Of a stretch of DNA of 64,000 bases, positions 16,985 through 36,237 are shown in pieces. A program made the translations under genes and the position numbers. The notes under the pieces are model-generated. The model was not told the DNA's origin. It saw nothing but the letters and a program-made list of their open reading frames with translations, and did no database searches. The stretch is from contig NC_086382.1 of NCBI RefSeq assembly GCF_036588685.1, positions 73,470,001 through 73,534,000 on the forward strand. The letters are read 5' to 3'. Each line of letters opens with the position of its first letter. Position 1 is the stretch's first letter. The stretch is from Mytilus trossulus (Eukaryota).

Positions 16985-18025
16985 AAATTCTTAAGGGTTC
17001 CTCGGAACCCAGTGTCTCGCCTACTTTTGCTGTAACTCCCAGGCTCAACAAAAATGAGGAAAACAATCAATACAAATATTCCCCTTGATACTATCTTTTG
17101 ATTGTAAGAAGCTTCTGTCCAAGTTTGGTAAAAATTTCAGGATAGTTGATGAATTGAATAAATGTTTTAAAAACTTTAACTGCAGACTGTATGTAATGTT
17201 AACTGGAAGAAAAACTAAGTCCATTTATAAGTAAAATACAGATACACAGGTACAAAATATTAACAAAATTTCCTTTCTAGATACTAGCTTTTGATCATAA
17301 ACAAGCTTCTGTCAAAGTTTGGTACAAATTTAAAATAGTATAAGAAAGTTAAATTTAAAAAAAATTAACCAGAGTGAATGTGTAACGTTCCCTGGCAGAA
17401 AAACTAAGTCTATTTAAAAGTATAATACGGAAAAAATGGATTTATTTTTTTACAAAATTTATTTTGTTATTATAAACAAGCTTCTGTCCAAGTTTGGTAC
17501 AAACCCAGGATACTTAAAGAAAGTTATTAAAATTTTAAAAACTTTAACCACAGAGTGAATGTAATGTTTCCCAGCAGAAAAACTAAGTCCATTTATAAGT
17601 AAAAAACAGAAAAAATGGAATTTTATTTTTGCAAACTTTACTTCTGGATACTATCTTATGATTATAAACAATCTTCTGTCCAAGTTTGGTAGAAATCCAG
17701 TATAGTTTAAGAAAGTTATTTAAATATTAAAAACTTTAACCAGAGTGAATGTAATGTTTCCCTGCAGAAAAACTAAGTCCATTTATAAATAAATTAATAG
17801 AAAAAATGGAATTTTATTTTTACAAAATTTACTTCTGGATACTATCTAATGATCATAAACAAGCTTCTGTCCAAGTTTGGAAGACATCCAGTATAGCTTA
17901 AGAAAGTTATTCAATTTTCAAAAACTTTAACCACATAGTGAATATTTGTGGACGCCGCCGCCGCCGCCGACGGAATGTAGTCTCACTTAGTCTCGCTTTT
18001 TCGACTAAAGTCGAAGGCTCGACAA
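16985..18025 (-). mobile_element. HINE-like element (same family as 7405-8199)
   Basis: Reverse-complement copy with ~5 internal units, a GGGTTCCTCGGAACCC palindrome and a (GCC)n microsatellite. Confidence 0.7.
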
Positions 18026-20557
18026 TAAGGAAAAGTGGTATGAATGCCATTGAGACAACTACCCACCAGTGTTCAAGTGAAGTGGACATAAAGAATTTAA
18101 TCACTTCACTCTGTGTTCATGAACTATAAAAGGGGGTGGTAACTTGAAAGATATTAATATTAAGTTTCTTGCAATCTATACACCAACAACCCATACCTTA
18201 TAGTTGACCATGAAAGACCAAGAGATTGCACTTTGTAAAAACAGCTGTTTCTCAAACCATGCCTCTTTTGGGGAGATTTAGAATATTCATAGAAAATTAA
18301 TTTTGATAACATACTGTTTCCCAGTTATGCTCTCTGTGTTCCATCTCATTAAGACATAACTTGGGAATGTTGCCAGTAAATAAACATGTGAATATTGTTT
18401 ACATTGAAATATGTGGTACAACCTTTTATTCAAGGTAGGGGTAGATAAGAAAATTAGTGTTAGTTTAAACTCTGAATAGTTCAGGGCATGCAAACATTGA
18501 AAATATGCCACACAGTCCTATATATTTTAACCTTTGAAAAAAATTGTAGTGCATATGAACTTTCAATTCTAGGATAAGATTTTTTTCAAAACTTCATAGT
18601 AAAAGTGGAACAGTTTTAGCCGTAAAAGGAGTTCCTATGGGAAATTGCATTGTCAATATTTACAGAAATGCAACCTATAGGCACCTGACTGGTTTAATAG
18701 TTGTTCAAACATTGTTTACATGCATGCTATGTAAAGAAACTGAATAGACCGGTGTACTTGAGCTTGAAAAGATTTTCATGACCATTGTCAAAGAGACAAA
18801 CTCTTTGGAAAACATAGTATATTTATTACCAGCAATATGCTTTGACCTAGCCTTCAGTAACTTTTGAGTACTCTTTATTCTTAGGTTGGATCTTTGAACC
18901 AATCTGAGAAGTAATTTTAAAGTATGTTGTTGAAGACCCATTGGTTGACCTCAGCTGTTATTGGACTTTGGTTGGCAATGTTGGGTTGTTTTTCTCTTTG
19001 ACCTATTCTCCATTTCCATTTTAAATTTTTCTCTTGTTGGTGTGTTACACCACATTATCAATGGTTAGTAGTGAAAGGTTGAGTGTTTACAAACATGTTA
19101 AACATGGCCACATTCTACTGGTATATGTACCTGTTCAAAGTCAAAAGCCTGTGAGCCAGCACTTGTCAAACTCTTGTGGTCTGCCCATATCAGTCTTTAC
19201 CAATAACTCATTATTTACAGCAGAACTCAGACTTGGTTTTTCTTTGATAAAATGTTTCTCAATTTGTCATTGGTGGCCTTTTATTGCTTATCAGAAGGAG
19301 AGGCTTTTGCTCTTTGTTGAAAGCCTTACTTTGATCTGTCCACATGCTAGTCTTTGTGTCCAATGCAAAAAGTATTCTCAACTGGAATTTTACCAAATGT
19401 ATTTATTTCTACACAAACTTCTTACCTATACTTAATATTTGCATGTCCTGTGTAATATCAGAGGAATAATCACAAATCTTAAAATTGAACCAAGTGTAAA
19501 AATGAGGTCAAGGCCATGTATTACAATTACTGCCTAAAAAGATCTCAACATGAAAAATACATGATTTTTTTACCTAAAGGAAAGGGAATAAGATATGGAG
19601 GTATTTTAATTGTAAGTGCCATTGCTTATCATATCTCCCCTGTAACTTTATCGAATGGGATACAAAAACTGAAATAGACTCACCACTTGATTTCTAGAAT
19701 AATAGAATACTTTGATTGATCTTGAATAAGTTATTAATGAAATTGTGATGTCGAAAATGACATGAAAATTAATAGCGATAGAATGTGCCCCCAGTACACG
19801 GATGCCTCATATGCACTATCATTTTCTATGTTCAGTGGACCGTGAAAATGGGGTTAAATCTCTAATTTGGCATTAAAATTAGAAAGATTATATCATAGGG
19901 AACATATTTACTAAGTTTCAAGTTGATTGGACTTCAACTTCATCAAAAACTACCTTGACCAAAAACTTTAACAAGAAGCGGGACAGACAGACGAACAGAC
20001 GGAGGCACTGACCAGAAATTATAATCCCCATAAATGGGGCATAATAATAAGTCGGTTTTCTTTTGTATATTTATTTTACATACAGACAATAAACAATTAA
20101 TTTTTTTTCTACCAGAGAAATGATCACATGATTAAAATATCTATATAAACTTGATTACATATAACTTAACATACTTCACTATACGTCTTAAATAGCGTAA
20201 AACATAAGAATTTAGCTACTTATTATTTTGAGACTTTATCCATGCATAGAACTTAGACTTTGTCAACATCCTGTTTGGTAGTTGAAACATTTTTACTTTT
20301 TCTAATTATTAACAACAAAACATAATGTATTATTTTCTAAAGATATAGTAGATATTCCTAAAGTTCTAAGCCTTTATGTTTCTATTGCAATGTGACTAGA
20401 ATAATGACTTGCAAGACAATAATTTCTGAATAAAATGTTTCGAGTAAATGACATAAGATTTACAATGTAAATTTAGTGTAGAAGTGTTGATACTAATATT
20501 CATTACTCAATCTAGCCTAAGATAACAGTCATGGAATGTTGTATAAGATCTGTATCC

Positions 20558-27871
<7,314 letters not shown>

Positions 27872-28230
27872 TTTTACCAGCAATAAACTAAGAAATTCAG
27901 TTCTTTTTTGGTTAATGTGTCGTCTAAAATCTCGTGATTGCAGTCGACCTCAAAAACTATGACGTATTTCACATTTTGGAACTTCCGCTTTAGAACAGAC
28001 GAAAGTTTTTGTCGAAAGAGAAGTATTCTGCTTGATATGACGATAAGAATGGAGACTGTTACAAACTAAAATCACCGGTAAAGATAATAAATCAAATACC
28101 GCTAGATATTTATCGCAAATTTGCATATAAAAAAAAGTTTCTAAATGGGTCGCACACACTGCTGATAATGATTGGAATCAACACAGTAACACTATATAAA
28201 TTTTGCTGGTAAAACTTGTTTCCGGGTAAC
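27872..28230. promoter_or_regulatory. Putative bidirectional promoter ATP6V1E/BCL2L13
   Basis: CpG-richer segment between the divergent genes, with TCTCGTGA, a TGACGT half-CRE (~27960) and ETS-like ACTTCCG (~27981). The BCL2L13 ATG exon has an acceptor at 29818, so a non-coding first exon is expected here. Confidence 0.55.
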
Positions 28231-28343
28231 AAACATACATGATTATAATCACCAGGACAACTCAAAGGTTCCCCTAACATGACTTTCACATTTATAAGTG
28301 AAAATATTTTGTGTCACAATGAAATAGAGGTTGTTGTATATAC

Positions 28344-28681
28344 ATGACATCAATACACCTTATTGCTAATCCTGGCTGACCTGGCCGCTTGAACTTTTGA
28401 TGCATACAACAATCACTTTTCCAGATATTTTGTTTTATGACGTCAAAATTTTACGGGAACCTGTGTGATATCCAGTAATGGCGGACAAATAGCGATAAGG
28501 TGTATACACCTGATCCCTTTTCCCAGCTGACCAGGCCGCTTGACATGCTTGAAGTTTGACGCATACAACAATCACTTTTCCATTGTGGTGTGAGCTATTT
28601 TGTTTTATGACATCAAAATTTTACGGGAACCTGTGTAATATCCACTCCAGTAATGGCGGACAAATAGCGATAAGGTGTATA
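28344..28681. mobile_element. Tandemly duplicated MITE-like element; related copies at ~26970-27180, ~27290-27364 and ~29160-29400
   Basis: TIR TACACCTTATTGCTA...TAGCGATAAGGTGTA. The core TGACGTCAAAATTTTACGGGAACCTGTGT...GGCGGACAAA occurs twice (the second copy has TGACATCA). Confidence 0.65.
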
Positions 28682-29839
28682 GTTCAAGAGGTACAGATTC
28701 TTTGGTCAAATGGTAATATCCAGTGTTTCAAAACTAATAGTCTTAAGGCTTTTATATGAGTAAAGGAATTAGAACAAAAATCACCAAATCACCCCACACC
28801 AAATCGCCCCACTTTTTCACCAACTCGACCCACTTTTAAAAAAATTGCCTTACTCTGGTTTACCAACTCGCCCCAAAGAAAGGCAAATTTTCTACAGCAG
28901 ACAGCATACTGAACTATCTAATGACATTCTATGTTATACCATTCTATTCATTAGGGTTTGAATTTATATTGAATCTTCCACCATTTGGCTGTTATGCTAA
29001 ATATTTTGTCATGAACAGTAATGCGATTGGTAAATAATGGTAAGGTATCAGCATTTTGAAAAATACTATTATAATGATTATAGCCCTATTTTACTTCATA
29101 TCATAGTATTCATGGAATTTGGGAATCTAAGAAACTTCAAGTCTTGAACATGTTGAATTATTGACGTCATATATGACAATCACTTTTCCTTTGTGGCTTC
29201 GCACATTCTCTATTGCAACATCTAAATGTTTAGATAACCTTTGTAATGTCCAGTAATTACAATCAAATATTGATAAGGTTGCCTTCAACAAAAGACCTTA
29301 TCACTATTTTGAAATCTGCTACTGTTAACTGAGAATCTGCATCTCTTGAACAATTGATATCATACAAAAATCACTTTTCCATTGTGGTGTCAGATGTTTA
29401 ATTATAGCCAGCATTTAAAGGCACTGACATAAAAAATGTGAGGCTATATATTTAAACAAGAAAACCATGAAAACTAATGATTTGATTTATAGCAATTCAA
29501 TTTACAAAACTATAAAGTATGACACATGTGACAGACATGAACCAAAGACAAGCACTCAATTACAGGTTGCAATAATTGCTTTTGGGGTTCAAAAATTAAA
29601 CAGCATACTTTTTCAGGATCTATAGATAAAGGATTTATGGCATTTAAAAGGATAATTGATCCATCATGGAAAAAAAAAAAATTCATGAGATTATAGTGTC
29701 AGATGATGATTAGTCATTAAAAGGCCCATTTTAATTACCTAAAGACAAAATTATTCAAAAACTTTTTTTATACAATCAAGTAATTTTACATTGATAATAT
29801 GTATGTCTATTTTTACAGGATTAGAATGATGATAAGACG

Positions 29840-32800
29840 ATGGCAAGCAAGGAACTACATCATTCCAACAAATCATTCAGTCCATCAACAGATACCTCCA
29901 GTCCTTCACCCGAAAGTTTTGCGTTTGAAACCAAATTTATTGTCCTGAATTTTATTGGTCAGAATCCACACGAAAGACATCCTGGCTGTGTTTATTCATC
30001 TACCACATCAAGTGCTGCATCAGACTCGAATCCATTTCCTTTCCATTCTAAGAAAGGTCATCAGTCCTTTCCAACATCACCACGGAAACTAGTTAAAACA
30101 CATAAACTAGGTCATTTAGATTCATCATTTCATGCCTCAGAGGACAATGTAAATTATAAATATAAAAAAGAACACAAGAAGTTAAATGAGCCATCTGTAG
30201 AACCATTCCAAGGACATTTAGGTGACAGCCAACCTACTAAATCATCATCTGCTGATAAAATTCATGATAAAAGACATTTTAAATCAGTCTCCCTTGATCA
30301 TGGTTTAAACCAGGGCAGATACTTTCAGGAATCTGATAGTTCCCCAGTTACTGATGTTGATAAGCCATTTGTTTCTGGAAGTACCCCCTTCTTGAACTAC
30401 AGACGATCTAGAGTAGAAAGCGAGTTGAGTAGTGAAGTAGGTAATTTGAGTTACACTAGTGATGCTGATGATGAGTATGAGTCCACTACATCCAGTTTGT
30501 TTAGCAGTTTTACTGAGCCAGGTGGACGTGGCAGCAGAGATCAAAGGTTGTCTATTGTGAAGAGTGAGAGTGAATTAGAAACTGATGTTAGCACAGTGGC
30601 TGGAGACATTTCTACTGATGGAGTTGGTCTGGAAGACGATATCTTTCATGAAGAACAACCTATGTTTAGAGAAGTACAATATTGCATAGCACAGACTGGA
30701 AATGAGGGAAAATTATCTACGCATTCCAATCATGCAACTGAAAATTTACAGTCACCTACAGAAAATCTTCCATCCAGTAATGAAAAGTTAGGAGTAACTG
30801 AATCAGAGAGTGTATCCTTAGATATTGGAAGCAGTAGTGGTACAACAGATCGATCAGCCGATCGTAGCAAGTTACGCTTAGTTATTAGAGACCAGCAGGA
30901 ATGGGAAGAAGAACAGAGAACAGAGATTCGTCAAGTCCTTTCCACTGTACAAGATGAAGTCAATACACAGATGCTGTTTCTGGAATCAGAAGTTGATGAG
31001 GGTAATTACTAAATAGTCTGAAGCACATCCTTTATTTTAAGTTTATGCTGATAAAAGATGATCATGATGATACTTGATGAAGGATGCACAAAAAATATTC
31101 ACCATTTCGTCTTCTAGTATTGTCTAGTCCAAATTGAGAATGAATTTTTCAGATCATTGTAATAAGATTAAACAAGATAAAATAGTTCTTAAAAGTTGTG
31201 TATTTCTATTAATTTTCATTTCTTAATTTTTTGAGGAAAATAAAACCAGTTTTATTTCTCTTATGACTTTTGAAATTTAACTTGAAACAACAATTTGAAC
31301 ATAACATTGCATGATATTTTGACTATAGAAATGATATCATAGATGACTTTATTTAAGTATTACAATGTATTATGAATTCCAAATATGTTTGAATTTTTAA
31401 ACAATTCAATGACCTTTCTTTTATTGTCATACTTAATAACTCTTACACTGTTTCTCTCTGATATATAACCAATCATAACTGTTTTTCTTCAGCTATAAGA
31501 AGACATCTGATTACTCCTGGAGAATCCCCTTTTATTGCCCCATTGTCTCCCCATACTGAAGCAGCCATGACCTTAGCCAGAATTGGTGACGAGATAAAGG
31601 ATTTCTATGGTGATCGTTTGACTACAGCAGTGGCAGGTCTGTGTACAGAAGAACAAACTGTTGTCTCCTATGAAAATTTCAGATGTGTTGCTTGTTCTGT
31701 GATTGACCAAGAAGTTCCAGGCTGGAGACAAGTATGTTTAACTATGGCAAACAACAACAAAAAGCACTACCAGTAGAAATATATTATTTAGCATGAAATA
31801 GGTCTTTGTTAGTCTTGTATTATTTTAGTTTTAGTTTCTTGTGTACAATTTGGAAATTAGTATGACGTTCATTATCACTGAACTACCGGTAGTATATATT
31901 TGTTAAGGGGCCAGCTGAAGGACGCCTCTGGGTGCGGGAATTTCTCGCTACATTGAAAACCTGTTGGTGACCTCCTGCTGTTGTTTTTTCTATGGTTGGG
32001 TTGTTGTCTCTTTTACACATTCCCCATTTCCATTCTCAATTTTATTTAAACAACACACACTGTTTGTTAGTCTCTTTAAAGATTGATTACTTTATTAAAG
32101 TGTATTACATACTGTCAGGGGTACTACTTGTACCTGAGGAAAATTGATAAAGGCATGTTTTTACATCTAAAAACTTGAGAATTTTTGTGGGATTTTTGTA
32201 AAAAAAAAATTAAGAAAATTAATTATATAAGGGGAGATTATTCAAACATTATAATTAAGTTAATATATAAGTTTATTTTATTTACGGGTAATTCTTGAAG
32301 TAAATAAAAAATACTTGTACACATAGTACCCCTGACTGACATACCTGTATAGTAGTTGGCTTAATTTACTTTAGACATGTTTAAGTTCAAAATCTGTTTT
32401 ATTGCTTTCAACAAAAATCTTTTTACCTGTTTGCCCTTATTCTCAGTTATATTATTTTTACTTTATATATTTACTTTATTTTTACTTTATATATTTAAGA
32501 AATTATTGATGCAAGCTATACTTTATTGTAGTTTTAACATGGGCAAATGATGGGTAGGCATTATATTCATGATTATTATTGCCCAATTAGCAATAGTGAG
32601 GGCTAAAATAACTCAAATGTAATGCCTACCCATGTTAAAACTACATAAGTATAGCTTGCATCAGTTATTTTGATTCAGATTAGGACAATTAAGGTAATTT
32701 CTATGTCAAATGTGTATAAGTGTAAACATAAAATATTTGCCACTCATATTATGCAAACCGCAATCACACAATAACTTTTTGAAATATTTTATTTAAACAT

Positions 32801-34813
32801 GATATCAAACGATTTTTTTTTTATAAGAGTTGAATGCTTATTGTTTGATTAACAAACACAATTACTGTTTTGTCTATATAACAGTACAAACTTTTGCATT
32901 TTTTAGGTAGCTTTACTGTTGGTGTATGGACAAAGTGTAGCCTGGAGAGTAGCAGAGTTTGGGTACACTGAGTTTGGACATCTGGTAAACAACACAGTCA
33001 GATTGATCTCAGAATTATACTCAGACTTTATCACATCACAAGGAGGATGGGTAAGGGGAAATAACCACCATAGGATAAGGTCTTTCATGTTCTTTAACAT
33101 TGAATATGTAAATATCCACCCTAAAGGTGACATGTATAAAACACACCACATTTTTAAAGTTGGCAAACTCATTTTTATAGAAGTAAAGGTATATGAACAT
33201 GTAAGGAGATGTAATAGTATTGCCGATAAGATAATTATCCACCAAAGTTCAAATGAAGTGGATTTTAGCAAATAAAGGCAACCTTATAGCCTTAAAAAAT
33301 GAGAAAAAGCATTCCCTATAGTCAGCAAAAATATGTAGCAACTCGATTGAAGAAACTAATAAACTACATCAACCACTGAAAAACAGCCTCCTTAATTGAG
33401 ACAGGGTTGTATATGTTTGTGAGCGCTCAACCCTCCCCATAATTGGGAAAATGGTGTTACAGCACAACAACAAAAAAACACCACTAAGTTGAGATCTGAG
33501 AGTACTCACAGTTACTGACAGCTAGTCAAAAGCCAATATCTACAATTAAAAACAGTTATGAATCTTATACTAAACTATCAATCAGTACACATCCAATATC
33601 CAATTGATTTAGGTTAAAGATGTCATTAACAGTCAAGAGAAAAACATGACCTTGGGCAATGCCAAAATATAGGTAACAACAGATTGTAGTACCATGACAG
33701 TGAATATGTTTATATACTATTCTGTTTGAAAGTAGTTTTCTATAGGTACATGTAATAAAAAATATAAAAATATAATGAATTTTCCTTAACATTCATCTTC
33801 TATCATGTTTAATGTTTAATGTTCTTCAGGGAGCTGTAATGCAGTATGATTCCAGCCTGTCATCCTCTATCAGTCCACATAATAGTTCCTCAGAAAACAC
33901 TTCACCTCGAGAAGAGCTTGATCAAATTACTGAAGACATAAAATTTGTAACTTTTGGACAAGACAAAGCATCTGTAAATCACAAGATTTCTATACAAGAT
34001 AAATCTTCTGGAGATCACATGACTTTTGTACCCCCACCAGATGAGTCTGCTTGCGATCAAATCATTAATGAAAATCATCATTCTCATGATGAACACAAAA
34101 CAATATCATTGGCTGATATACTTATGACCTTTTCAGCTTCTGAAAATAATCAAATAAATGGTGAATCATCAGATAAATCAGCTGACTGTCATGTGACATT
34201 TAAACCACCCATGGACGAGTGTGCACAATTCAGGATCACTGATGATACAGAAAACAATAATTCATTAAAACCATTAGCAGAAGAAGATAATCATACAGTT
34301 TCTAGTCCTGATGAAAGCCAAGGGAGCGAATCAGACCACAATATTAATCAAAGTACTTGTTTACCTCCAAAAAATGATCAATTTATTTCTCAGCATAATG
34401 CATGTAATGGCAGTTGTTCTTCTAGTGATCTCCCTCCCAGCAGCAATCATAATGATGCCAGTAACATTAGTATTTCTGACAATGATTCTCATGAGGGATC
34501 AGAGAGAGGAGACTCTGATAGTACTGTCTTATTTGTTCAGAGAAATAGTTCGTCTAACAATAACACATCTCACCAGGAGACTGTAGAAAGTCAAACTCAG
34601 CATGGGGATATACCTCCAGACCAGATGATAGAATATGAAGAGACTTCAGACATATCACTCAATGGTGACCATCACGCACACTTTCATTATAAGACACAGT
34701 CGAGTGATGAGAGTTCTGACATCTTCGCAAGATTTTTCAGCATCAGAACTCTTGCTACTTTAGGAGTGTGTGCTGTTGGTATCATTGTTACTATCGCTAC
34801 TTCTCGAAGATAG
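29840..34813 (+). CDS. BCL2L13: Bcl-2-like protein 13 (Bcl-rambo)-type Bcl-2 family protein, ~842 aa
   Basis: Exons 29840-31001, 31493-31731, 32907-33050 and 33830-34813, 2529 nt in frame. BH4-like FAFETKFIVLNFIG (cf. vertebrate FHYETKYVVLSYLG), BH3 LARIGDEI, BH1-like PGWRQVALLL, and BH2 FITSQGGW with the family-typical intron right after W. A long acidic insert separates BH2 from the C-terminal tail anchor TLATLGVCAVGIIVTIATSRR. The gene lies head-to-head with ATP6V1E. Confidence 0.85.
32506..32663. mobile_element. Fold-back MITE in BCL2L13 intron
   Basis: TGATGCAAGCTATACTT..TGTAGTTTTAACATGGG...CCCATGTTAAAACTACATAAGTATAGCTTGCATCA. Confidence 0.7.
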
Positions 34814-35864
34814 CTATTCCACATTCCATATTTATATTTGATCAAAAGTTTGATTATTTTTCATATACCGTATATTAGAAAGAAAAAACTTTGTGCATAA
34901 GAAAGGAGGTTAGAATTTATACCAAATCCCTAATGGTTTTTTATATTTATCATTTTGCACTAAATAAAAAAATAAAACAGCATTTTAACATTTGCCCTTT
35001 TACCATGTTTACACGTCTAAACTGTTTTTTTCAATATTTTCATTTTTTTTAGGCTAACCATATAAATGATTATAAAGTAAAAAAATGCCTGAATTTGTTA
35101 TCAATGTACAGTTCAGTAGTTTCTTTGGTTTTAAAGCAAATCATAGCTTGAGCTGCACCAAAAAAAAACAACAATTGTTTGCCAAATGATATCTTGAAAT
35201 TATTTGATCATTTTCTATATGGATATCACAACACATATTTTTTTTTTCAGCAGAAAGCATATCTAAAAACTGCATCCCAGTCCAGTATGTTGTTTAAATC
35301 AAAGTTTTCCACCTGTGATGCTATTGAATTCTTATTGGACTTAAAACTTAAAATGTTTGTAAAATAAAATGATCACTGATTATTTTTTATTTTTTTTTCA
35401 TTACCTTAATTATTTTGTTTACATAACTTATGGACAAGGTTGTGAACAGTTTGTAAAGCTTTAAAACATCAAAAAATTGAACAAAAATTATGATCTTGAT
35501 AAAGAAAGTAATTTTGTTGATGATCTATTAGCCAGAAATAAAAATCAAATAGTTTCAGTTAAGTGATATATTATTCGGATATAGTTTAGTCACTTCCCTT
35601 TGAGCTTTGGAATTTGATGATTGCTTTAAATGTGCATTGTTTTCTGCTTTGCTGTGTACAGTTTAGTAATTTGTTAACTTTTCTCTTATTCATGTTATTC
35701 TTGACATTTACATGTTTTGTTTAATATGTGAGCATTCCAAAATGAGCATTAAGTGTTTTACTCTGTTGAGTATTTATCAATATGTTATTTTGTTATATTT
35801 GTTAAATATATTTATATATTATGTAAAAACTTATTCGTGTAAATTTAGCTAGATTAAGTTTTAA

Positions 35865-36237
35865 GGATATACTTAGGTCAGATTTTGGAATTTGTGTCAG
35901 ATTTTTGGACTCCTTAGTTCTTTCCTCCATACATGGTAAAATATTTTGCCCCAAAAACCCCATTTATATTTTTATAAGACTTTTTTCATACAAGACATGT
36001 AAGACCTGATTTCTCTTCCTTTGATTTGAGACCCAAATGAAACGAATTTTGCAAATATAAGGTCAGTAAAAGTCAGAGTTAGTCTTTTCCTGCCATTTAA
36101 AAAACCCCCAAATACCTTGAAAAGGAGCTCCATGACCTATCAATATTTTTAGCTTATTTGTTCTTTAACTGATGCTCTTCTGGCTTGAAGCATCAATATT
36201 AAAACTTTCTTTTTGATATTTTCACCTAAGTTCATCC
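35865..36237. mobile_element. Kolobok-type MITE (TTAA TSD)
   Basis: TTAA|GGATATACTTAGGT...ACCTAAGTTCATCC|TTAA. Confidence 0.65.
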
